Source of the DNA: Balanoglossus misakiensis
Lineage: Eukaryota; Animalia; Hemichordata
Length of the DNA stretch: 64,000 bases
Direction: 5' to 3'
Assembly: GCA_040954595.2 (NCBI GenBank)
Contig: CM082576.2
Coordinates: 5,802,760-5,866,759 of the forward strand
The notes under the pieces were generated by a model, which searched no databases, was not told the origin of the DNA, and saw nothing but the letters and a program-made list of their open reading frames with translations. The stretch's first letter is position 1. Each line of letters begins with the position of its first letter. Position numbers and translations under genes: made by a program. This document shows, one piece after another, positions 21,401 to 32,606 of the stretch.

Positions 21401-24400
21401 ACTAACAAAGTACACCAGGATCTGGAAATTAAAACGTCCGGGTTAAAAGCTGTTATGCGTCTGTTTTGTCATTTCGTGCTACATTCTCTTTAATGACAGG
21501 TATAGTAAAACCTCGATTATCCGAGTTGCTTGGCTATCCGAACTACATTTGTACTCAATAGAGGTCGTGTATATATTTAGATACAACCTGGTCAGCAGAG
21601 CTGTAGTTTGGTTCATAGCGTCCGATGTGACCAGCCTCAGGCAACATATTTTCAGGATCTGTTTAAAAGAAACAGAAATGTTTAGGGATGAGTGGTATTT
21701 TAGATTCACCATATCCTTAACCGGTAGTTCTCTCATAACAGAAAGTGTCTTTTGGCATTAAAAATATCACTTTACCATGCTATTCGTGTTATGTATATCT
21801 TACCTGTCACTAAAGTGGCATTCAGTGCAGGCTGTAAACTAGTTAAATCACCTAAAAGAAACAAGAAAATAATTCGTCAACATCATGTTTGAGTATAAAT
21901 GAGATAATAAGATAAATACACAACGCTTTTGTGTACGAAGAAGGAGAGTCGCATTTCAAGTTGTGTTTTAAACTTACCACTATAGAAGGCGAACAGAACC
22001 ATTCCGGTGAGGTACAGGCAAGGACCAGTGAAAAAGTCGAAAAGTATGTTCAACAATACAGCTCTGCAGTAAATGAATAAAAAAGTGTGATGCATGATTC
22101 TTTGAAATCTAGGTAGACATTTTTGTGACTATGCAGTTCAAGATATTTAACTATAAAAATACGCAGCGGTGCATTTTAATTCCACCAAAATAATTCCAAG
22201 AACTTCAGCAGTAGAAACTCAGCATTCTATTAAAGTTCTAGCTCTGCTGATTAGAAACAAGTATTGGTTCGCAGTGTTTTTCCTTTTCCTGTTTCGGGGT
22301 AAGAAAAGTCCAAGTATTAAAACCAAAATAAACCCACTTACGCCTGTGAATGTTTGAGTGATTTCGTTGTCATATATCGCTGTACGGCAGTCTGACTGAG
22401 ATAAATCGGAGATGAATTGAAACCACCGCCGACGAAGGCACTAAAGAAAGCTGTTCGTGTTAAGGGGTCTAAATCAAAACTGCAGGAGAAAACAGAAACC
22501 CAATTTCGAAATTATTACCATGTCTATATATGGTGCGCTTCTTTTACAGCGCCAATACATGTCCCCGGGAATTACTCGTCAACTCTGTTGAAATCATATA
22601 AAACCTGCTCGTTGTGTTTCTTATCATTCTATTTCCCATCTATAGTTTTTCTTAAAATCCATAACTGTTGAGACGTGTCAACATTTATAAAACTATAAAG
22701 AAATGTTATTGACGGACATGTATACCTAAAATGGTTGAGTCGCCCATTCTCGCCATTAACTCTATACACTTCTTCTATACCGCCAGCAGCGGCAACACCC
22801 ATGATTATTACAGCCAAAAGGGTTCCAATTATAACAAAAAACTGGAACACGTCAGTCCATATCACACCTTTCATTCCTCCCTGGAAAAGATAGTATGCAA
22901 CAAGATTCAATTAATATTAGGGATCGATAGTGACCACTATCCGAACCCCGGGCAACCAGTGAAATGAGTCACAGCCAACAACAGACCTTCTCTAGGTGCC
23001 TCCTTTTGATCCTTAGATGGAGCACTTTGATTAAAGTCACGCATATATTCAAGCAGCCACGTTTGGACTTGTTTTTGCCCATTGTCACTTTAGTGATATT
23101 TCTGATGCAGTTGATGAGTGAATGCAGAACAATCTACAATCAGTATCAATCTAAAAATACTTACAAGCGTCGTATAAAGGGTACACAGTATCCCTGTGAT
23201 AAGCAGTGTTTTCCAAAGCTCAAAATTTTGTACTGGAAAGGAAAGGAAAGTTAAGAAATAGCCTTTTTATACGCTTATTACGAATTTGGATTTGTTGTCT
23301 AACTATGACATTTACTACAAAGTTGTCTAAGGCAAGACGAAGACATTTTGTTAAGAATAAAGGGTGGTATTTCATATATATTTTTAGCTGTTTCCCCGGT
23401 ACACTTTCGTTTGTTGAAAACTGTCACTTGCAACAGTTCGTATGTAAGGAAGCTCTGTATGCAAATACCTGCTTCAATTGCGAGTGCTGGTCCAATCAGA
23501 ACTGCTGCCATGTAGAAGACAGACTGAAGCATGAAGATGAGTGCCACTAGGATTCGGAGAGCGAAGTTGAAACGTAGCTCCATGTACTGAAAGTTGACAA
23601 ACGATCCATGTATTCAATTTGGATGAGAAAAGCTACGTCAAATAGTATGAACGTGCTTTGTGGGTGTTGGACTGGCCAACCTTAATTCATGCATTTGTGG
23701 TGTACTTTGTTCCATAGTACTAGTATATTTGGTCGATGACTTGACAATACATTGTGATCGTTGTAATAGAGGTGGTCGTGAAAATGTTGAACCCAAAAAG
23801 ACAAGCATTTGTATTCTGTCGTCCTTACCTTGTATGAACTGACCTCCTGAAGGTCTACAAAGACAGGCAGGAAGATGTAGGCAACCATTGGCAGGCACCA
23901 CAGCTTGGCGAGAGTTACAGAGGCGTATCCAGTTCCGTTTGTGTAGATTTCAGCGGGAGTGCCAATGATGGATAATGGTGACATAAATGACACCAAGATT
24001 GACATAGAAACTGGTAAGAAATGCATAGACTTGTCCGCCAAAAGGTATCTGTTATCGGAAAAAGTTTGACAATTATGGTTTTGCGCTTAGAACCATCCTC
24101 TTTCAAGCACATGATTTTTTCCCCTTGTGTAAGAAACATTGATTGTTTGGGGCACAAGAAAATTGATGAACTCAGAAATTGACATTTCATCGCCATTGTT
24201 CATATAAGGTCATGTGATCAGACAAAAACACCTATGGATTTGACACTAAGAGTAGCCGCGCCAAAGAAAAAAAAATACAATATACAATTCTAACAACAAC
24301 GACGTACATCTTCTTGTAAGGTCAGGTGAGGTTGTGCGATATCATAATGAGGTTGATCATCGAAAACGTTGGCGACCGTAGCTGGCCGTAGTCAGTGTTG

Positions 24401-24766
24401 TTGGCCAAATTTGGAATTACATGTACTGACATGTTTCGCTGATGTTTCTCTGGATTATTGGAAAATTGGGCCAGTGCGTACGCACTTACACGCCAACTGA
24501 ACCTGAATATCTTGAGCTCCGATCTTAGCTTAACCTTCAGAATCGACAGTCTGTCGTGTTTCTTAATCTTAAGAGTGACTGATTTTCATAAGTGACCTCA
24601 ATCTACCCATTGTAAAAATATCTAAGTACACAACAAACCTCGATGTTGAGTGCTGACCGCCTTTAGCAAAACCATGGTAGATGCCAGTGATGGTAGATAT
24701 TACTAACATTCCAGAAAACATCAAATAGTCCACCACGCTGAACGGTATAGGATCGTTCGTCGACAT
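18425..24766 (-). CDS. SLC5 family sodium:solute symporter, SMCT/NIS/SMVT subfamily (paralog A)
   Basis: 15 exons read in frame: [150 protein letters not shown]; ends ..DDDKGTL* (TAA 18427-18425). Confidence 0.92.
19777..21248 (+). mobile_element. Non-autonomous Helentron-type (HINE/DINE-1-like) element with internal ~240 bp tandem repeats
   Basis: 5' AGGGCCCAAGC..GCTTGGGCCCT hairpin at 19781; (CTT)n tract; ~2.7 copies of a ~240 bp repeat (starts ~20521, ~20760, ~20999); 3' subterminal copy GCTTGGGCCC (21215) then stem-loop GCTGC-TT-GCAGC (21231-21242); T-rich flanks. The equivalent intron of paralog B is only ~280 bp. Confidence 0.75.
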
Positions 24767-26071
24767 ATTTGTTACTTGCCAGTGACTGCGATCTGTTGAA
24801 TAAGTGAAAACACATATTCCTTGGTCTTTTGTTGTTGTTTTTTATCAAGGGGCTTGAACAATACTGACTTACTGAACCTAATGAGCGTAACAGAAAAAAA
24901 GGAAACTTGGGAGAAACCATGTTCAATCATATCCTTGGACTTGTATGTATACAGATTGCCAAACGAAATTAATCGTACCTGAAATTAGGGCTGTAACAGG
25001 CTTGGTCCTTCAATTGTAAATCTGAGAACACCCAGCTGCTTCGTCTGAGGTAGGTTTGGTTGATGTGGCGTCTAACGATATTAAACTGAATTTTATCACG
25101 ACACACGAACGCACAGCTATCTTGAGGGTTTCGGTTCAGAGTCCAAATCACTTGACAACAGTCACTCGATATCAAAACAAAGAAGCTTGTCAAGAAATCA
25201 AATTCGTGTCTACGGTTCTCAGGTGTCATTTTCACTGTGTATTTGTTATTTGACTTCACAGAGGCTGAAAATGTTTTTGATTATATGATGCATTATTCAG
25301 ATTCGTATTCGGATTCACTTTTATCTCATTGTTTGTTTGTTTTTAAAGTGTTTATTCTCCTTTATAGTAATACATGTATTTATTACGAGAATCACGTTTT
25401 TTTTTAAACTTTTCTTTCTTGAGGGCATAAACTCCAGTGGTTAACATCCGGGATACCCTCTACGAGGGCTTTGGACAAACACGTGCCACGCAAGGTGATC
25501 GACAACTGTGTGAATAGTTCGTATATGCCTGCGGAGTGTGTACAAAGTGTGCTGCTAACAAACCGTGTTACGGAAAGCCGGCGTGTTCCTATCACAAATA
25601 CATCGCACAGACTTAGGTGAGTTGAGCTCTGCATTAGGGTTAACTCTCTCACAGCGTTTATATTAAAAATGACCAAAAACTTGTGTTATTGTTTTTAGAA
25701 ACGTCATCAGTAAGTAGTCAAGCTATATCAATTCCACCACCTAAACTCATTTGTCAAAACCAATTGCTACAGTGCAAGTATTGAACGCATTGGCTGTGCG
25801 TAATGGATTCATCACCGACCCAAGAGAAATCAACAGAAAATATTGGTTAACTTGAAAAAAGTAGTAGACGTCCAGCTATTATTTCTATAGAATTTGTCTA
25901 TTATAACATGGTGATATAAACGTGTATTAATAGTTATCATTATGGATTACTGTTTGCATCGATTCGAGCCAGTCCAGGTACTGTATTAACCATATCTTGA
26001 CGGGAAAAAGGCGCTGTATTGCAAATCTTCATCTGAAAATGAAAATCTTGTTTCTTTCTTTCTGAAAGGGG

Positions 26072-29000
26072 ATGTCGTCGAACGATCCTATTCCGTTCAG
26101 CGTCGTGGACTATCTTGTATTTTGTGGCATGTTGGCGATTTCAACGCTAACTGGTGTCTACCATGGTTTTGCAAAAGGCGGCCAGCATTCAACTTCAAGG
26201 TTAGTGATGAATTCGTAGAACGCCCACTTTGCTTTTACCGATGTGTGACTGTTGAGAGCAGCTTCAGATGGTGACGCAGGTTTTCTTAGGCTTGACAAGC
26301 TGTATTGCGCTCTGATTAATGATTTGTGCTGAATTGCTAAAATTCGGGTGCCAGTCTGAGGAGGGATCGAAATCAAAGATGTCTACGACGTTGTATTGTA
26401 AACAGTTGTATTATTTGAACTTGCTCTGTGAAAATGATTTATGTGGGGGTGGTACCAGAAGTGGCCTGATGTCTTGAGGCATAGTACCTCCCTGTGTGGA
26501 GGGACTGTGCTTGAGGGGACGATTCAGAACAAGCAGTAACAGCAAAAGCGGCCGCGGCGACCATTAATATTAATAATAAACAACAGGGGTCACTTGGAGT
26601 ACAAACAAAAATGATTGTCATCAATGAAATACTGGCTTTGGTTTTACATCACATTCGCGTTTATGTTAGCAGCACGAAAACACTGATAACAACAGTAATA
26701 AAATTGACGCTGGCAAACAGTTTTGGGGACGTCTGCAACATTTTTAATCGAATACCTTTACAATTTTGTTTGATTTTGCTGTTGTTATCAGTGACTGCAA
26801 ATTTTGATAAGATACGCCTTTCACATCGGAAAGTGTCAATCTTATCATGGCTTACAACCACTGATATATAAATCTTTATGCGTCGAACCGGTGACGATTT
26901 TTGCAATCACGGATTTTCAGTGGTGACATTGTAAGGCAATAAGCACCGTGATCTTGACTTCAAGCACCTACCCGGTTATGAAATATCCTCGACGTTTAAG
27001 ATATGCGATTATCTACAATTGCAGTTTTTGTAAGAGGGCTTGTTTTGACAGGTTCAATTAGACACGGTCAGATCGCCGGCATATATGCTAATGATGCGTG
27101 TAATAAATTTAACAGCTACTAAACATGTCAAAACCAGTTGATACATCTGAATCAAGTGTATTCTTGTAGCTTCAGCTGATGAAGATATGATTAGTACGCT
27201 GAAATAAAGTCTGACTGAATATAAAGGACAATTTGAGGTCTTCACTGTAACAGACCACTCTGTGCACCACGCATGAAAGGAAAGCAAAAGCTGTAATCTT
27301 GTGTTTTAATTACAGATACCTTTTGGCAGACAAGACCATGCACTTCTTGCCAGTGGCCATGTCCATCTTAGTCTCGTTCATGTCACCGTTATCTATCATG
27401 GGAACTCCCGCCGAAATCTATGCCAACGGTACCGGCTACGCTGCCTTTACTCTGTCATATTTGTGGTGTCTACCTTTGGTTGCATACCTCTTCCTTCCTG
27501 TGTTCATGGACCTCCAGTTGATCAGTGCATACCAGGTAATCATGATGGCGAGAGACGACATTTCCAAAGTGCAAACATGACATTTCTTATGAGAGAAATA
27601 CAAAAGCTGGGAATTTTTACGTACAATGTATTTGATTCTTTTTCACCAATCCCACATCTACTATTACTGCTACTAGACACAATCTATCTTTCTTCGTTTC
27701 CAGTACATGGAGTTCCGTTTTAATTTCCCTCTTCGCATCTTGGTGTCGTTGATTTTCATGTTCCAGTCACTTTTGTATTCAGCAGCCTGCCTGGTGGGGC
27801 CGGCACTGGCTATAGAAGCAGGTGAGTGAGTCTGTTTGGGTATTGTATTGTTTTGTATTGTATTGTATTGTATTGTATTGTATTGTATTGTATTGTATTG
27901 TATTGTATTGTATTGTATTGTATTGTATTGTATTGTATTGTATTGTATTGTATTGTATTGTATTGTATTGTATTGTATTGTATTGTATTGTATTGAATTG
28001 TATTGTATTGTATTGTATTGTATTGTATTGTATTGCATTGCATTGCATTGCATTGCATTGCACTGTATTGTATTGTATTGTATTGTATTGAGATGGAAAT
28101 TTTAATTTTTTATTTTTTACACATTTTATTGCAGTTCAAAATTTCGAACTCTGGAAAACCCTTCTTATCACCGGTATACTCTGTACAGTCTATACAGCGC
28201 TTGTAAGTACTCCGACAGATTCGTTTAGTGTACATGAATACTTTAAACAGACGAATAACAATAATGTTTGAAGTTATTTCATAACTTGCTGATTTTACTG
28301 ATATCGTGAATTTGCATCTCTCTCTCTGTTGTCAGGGAGGAATGAAAGGCGTCATCTGGACTGATGTATTCCAGTTCTTTGTAATCTTTGCCACTTTGTT
28401 TGCTGTGATCATCTTGGGTGTTAGCGAAGTTGGTAGCATCCATGAAGTGTTCAAGGTTCATTCTGAAGACGGGAGATTGAACCATTTCAGGTATATTTGG
28501 CCCTACTTGCTTTTGGTAAAAATACAAGTTTTGCAATTAAATGAACGTGCGTCTCATATATAGAATTTTATTTTATGATTGTTGAGAAACTTACAATTTT
28601 CTTTTTCCACAGTTTTGATTTAGACCCAACAAGACGGACGGGCTTTTTCAGCGGGATGATCGGGGGTGGAATCGCATTGTCGCCGCTGTTTATCAGCCAA
28701 ACTGCCGTACAGCGGTATATGACAGTGCGGTCACTTAAACACTCGCAGGCGTAAGTCTAAAGTAAACTTTTTTTGCTTTACAAGCTCTTCGCAACCATAC
28801 GGCATTATGGTCTAGTGATCGCTTAAATATTATAACCGAATCGCCTATGTTGAATTTAATAATTTCCCCCCGAGATTGGGAAACCGATTCTCTCTTCGAT
28901 TTTAACCTCTTTGTATTTGAACCCTTTTCAGTTCAGTGATGGTTAACATACCATTTGCGCTCTTCTCTGGTCCTTGTTTGTATTTATGTGGAATGGTTCT

Positions 29001-30655
29001 TTATGTCTATTATAACGGTAGGTAATGTTTCGCATGTTATTGAGTTACAGTTCTTGTAAAACAGCATTGAATATACTTTGCAAAGAATAAAAACACAATT
29101 GATGTATTTACATAAATCGAGGTATAAAGATACGAACATTTAATTACGCAGCAGGACACTGAGTGCATTTTAAATACCAATTTATAAACTGTGTATAAGC
29201 ATACATATATGTCTGTCTGGCGATGTTTTCTTATTAACTTAAGTTTCTTAATACCTACAGGTGACTTAACTGGTCTTCAGCTTCCTATCAATGCCACACT
29301 ACCAACTGGTAAGTTTCTTATATCATTTTTACGTAAAAATGCTCTACATTTACCAAAATACGCAAATCAATGCTGATATGAATTAGACCAATAAGCATAC
29401 ATTCTGTATATGCAAGATTAGAAAAAGATAAGTATTTCCCTACGACATGTAACAAGACCATGTTTATTATGATATATCTATTCTGCCTTCAGGCGACACG
29501 GAAATTATGTTACCAGTTCCTGGTGATGGCGCCCGTTATGAACCTAACTACAGTTCCGCCGATCAGGTATGTGAATTGTAATCGCCCGGCAACCTATCTT
29601 TACTGCGACTTATTTACGTTTGTATAATATACTAACATGATTCAATGTATTCCGTGATTTCACAACTGTATAAACAGTTTTACTACAACTCTTATCATTA
29701 TTTCTAGATACTGGTATACTTTGTTAGTTCCAAATTTGGCCACTTACCCGGCATACAAGGACTGTTTGTGGCATGCCTGTTCGCTGGTACGTTGAGGTAA
29801 GAATGGCAAAATTATTGGACTGGTGTTTAAAATCTTTAATCTCAAAGTAAGAAACAACAACGTTAAATTTAGAAACCGGAAAAGTGAAGTAAAATCAAAG
29901 AAGAAAGCTGTCGTTCGAATCTGAAATGGCAGTTTTATTTTTAACGAGAAAGGTTTGCAAAGGCGTCACGAGATTTGACGTAATAATGAAAATTGAGTGC
30001 AAAGAGTTCTATGCTGTATGTTGTGGTATGAGTAACGCTTTGTGTTTTCACATAAAATCGGTTCATCGATTTGTGAAGTTCGGTGTCTTCAGCCCTTAAC
30101 GCAATGACAGCCATCACCTTGGAGGATTTCATCAAACCATTCCGTTCATGGTGGGCAAAGAGAAGGGGAACGCCAATAAAAGTTGACGACGAACGAGATA
30201 CCTTTCTTTCCAAGATTCTTAGTGAGTGTCTTCAGACTTCTCTCTTACGAACTGCATGGTTACCATGCTCACTGATATTACATTTAAATATGTAACCTAG
30301 TTCATATCGACATTTTCATGATATATTTATCTTCATCAATTCGTACATGATAATCATTATGTTTTTCAGCGTGTACATATGGACTTTGTAGTATAGGTTT
30401 AGGATTTGTTGCAAGTACCCTAGGCAGTCTTTTGGTACTTGGCTTTACTATTCTTGGAATTACTGGCGGCCCAATAATGGGTACCTTTGGTGTAGGAATG
30501 ATGTACAAGCGGGCTAATGGGATGTAAGTAAAACACGCTTGTAAAGATGTTGTTGAACGTCCTCATACATACATGATAACGAGGATCATTGTAGTAACAG
30601 TAAATCTATTGTGAAGTGAATGGAGAACGCATCCACGAATCAGCAACTTTCAACC

Positions 30656-30702
<47 letters not shown>

Positions 30703-31404
30703 GACACTTGGATTGTAGGGAAAGTGTTTCAAGGGCCAAAATTGTCTTTACAGAGGAATGGTGTGTGGTACATTGTTAGGTTTTGGCTTCGGAGCCTGGA
30801 TCGCGTTTGGAGCCTATGCCAACCAGGGTAACTTAGAAGAAGCTCTCGGATTATATCGCGTAAATAATTCATGATTTTTACTTTTTTTATGAAGTATAAT
30901 GACCTTTGTATACCATCTTTTAAATGTTTATTATACGTCATGTTTTACAATGAAAGCACACCTTGACTTAACCTCTTCCTCTGGTTTTATTTCATATTTT
31001 TGTACTTCAGCTCACAAGGGCGTTAAACCAAGTGATTTGATATACACCGTTATATTATACTTTACCATTTTAAATTCTAGGTGTCTTATTTGATGTATGG
31101 ATTCTATGGAACGGTTGTGACGATACTGGTCGGGATCTTGGTTAGTGAGATTGTACGCATTTTCAGTCCCAGTGAAAGAACAAAAACTGTCGATCCAATC
31201 TTACTGGCCAGATTTCTTAGGTGAGTGTAATCAGTAATTAGTCAACACAAACAGCTGAATGTCCACAACATAATAAAATTGTGATGCCTAGTATGTACTG
31301 ATATGCGAGAAGATGTTTGGAAACTCCTAATATATTACAATTTTTTTCACTCATTCAGGCCGGTTGGTTGGACTACAGCTGAAAGCAAATTACCCGCGGA
31401 ATAA
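26072..31404 (+). CDS. SLC5 family sodium:solute symporter, SMCT/NIS/SMVT subfamily (paralog B)
   Basis: Same exon-intron structure as paralog A: [32 protein letters not shown] (26072-26199), 27316-27535, .. [46 protein letters not shown], 31081-31220, last exon 31359-31404 (PVGWTTAESKLPAE*). The exact 3' end is less certain. Confidence 0.9.
27841..28090. repeat. (TATTG)n/(CATTG)n pentanucleotide microsatellite
   Basis: Direct reading; intronic. Confidence 0.97.
30650..30702. repeat. (CAA)n microsatellite
   Basis: Direct reading; intronic. Confidence 0.95.
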
Positions 31405-31770
31405 TATTCACCGAGTTGCACTAGTTTATTTGATCAATTTTTATAGAGTTACATAATGTAAAACTACGCATTGTAATTATAAAAGAAAGTTTGTTTCGTC
31501 TTGGCTTGCAAGCCAGAGAATCAAAATTTCGAACAGAAGGAAGAAAGTGAACTCTTATAAAAGACAATGATCATGGTAAAATAATGTGGAATGTACAACA
31601 ATTATTTCTGACGTGTACATCTGTTTCATGGATGTCTATAGAGCCTTTCTGATTGCCTCATCAGTAGTATAGGGGGTTGTATATAACACAAATCTTGCGC
31701 GTACAATATTTTTGTTCTATACAACCACTACACTATACTCCCATCTGCCGTTTCATTAACGCGGACAGGG

Positions 31771-32545
31771 TTATCCATTTAGAACGTAAAACCCTATGGC
31801 TTTGACAGCAGCGAAATTCTCCTCTCCCGTCGGAATGATCTGATCTTCCGGTAGTAGGAAGCCATACTCGGACCTCAAGCTATCACGAAGCTCAATGGCG
31901 AAGGCATACGAGACACCTCCGGAAGAATAAACCCAATCCACGGACACGCCAGTAATTCTACCTTAAAATGTATTAACAGGACACGAAAATGTTAGCAATC
32001 TTTGAAAGCTGATTATAACTGATTTATTCTTTTTAAATATACAGGAATGTTATGTTGTGTTGGATTTTTATACTAGTATCAGGAAATCTGGAAATTCAAT
32101 TTAGTCTTGAAAATTCTTCGAATGATTAAAAGCTGTTCTTTAACAAAATGATTTTGCAAAATATTCAAGAAATGGTTGTCAAAATGACCAACCTGAATTC
32201 ACAAACATTCCTGTATTGATCTATAAATGACTGACTGATTCTACGCATGGCTAATGCATGACCAAGGAAAGTACCGGACACTCAAAAAGTGTATTTCTAA
32301 AGTGAAATGTTAGGTTTTTTCCCGCACCTGCTATATGCACTTACCAAACATATGAGAGATTTTCCCGGGTTCATATTCTCTTCCATGGACAGACTTTATA
32401 GCCATAGTTGCTAATGTTTCAATATTCTTCAGAAATACGGAAACGAGACGAAACAAAACACTGAATGAATGTACATTTTTTTGCAAGCCAACAATTATAA
32501 CGAAGGATACACCTACAATAATGTGGAAAAGCAATGCACACATGT

Positions 32546-32606
<61 letters not shown>

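Noticed and set aside
27673-28105. QYNTI/VLYCI repeat ORFs, and similar poly-Q, poly-D, NQSI and HYTTL ORFs elsewhere
   Set aside because: Microsatellite translations inside introns or a LINE tail.
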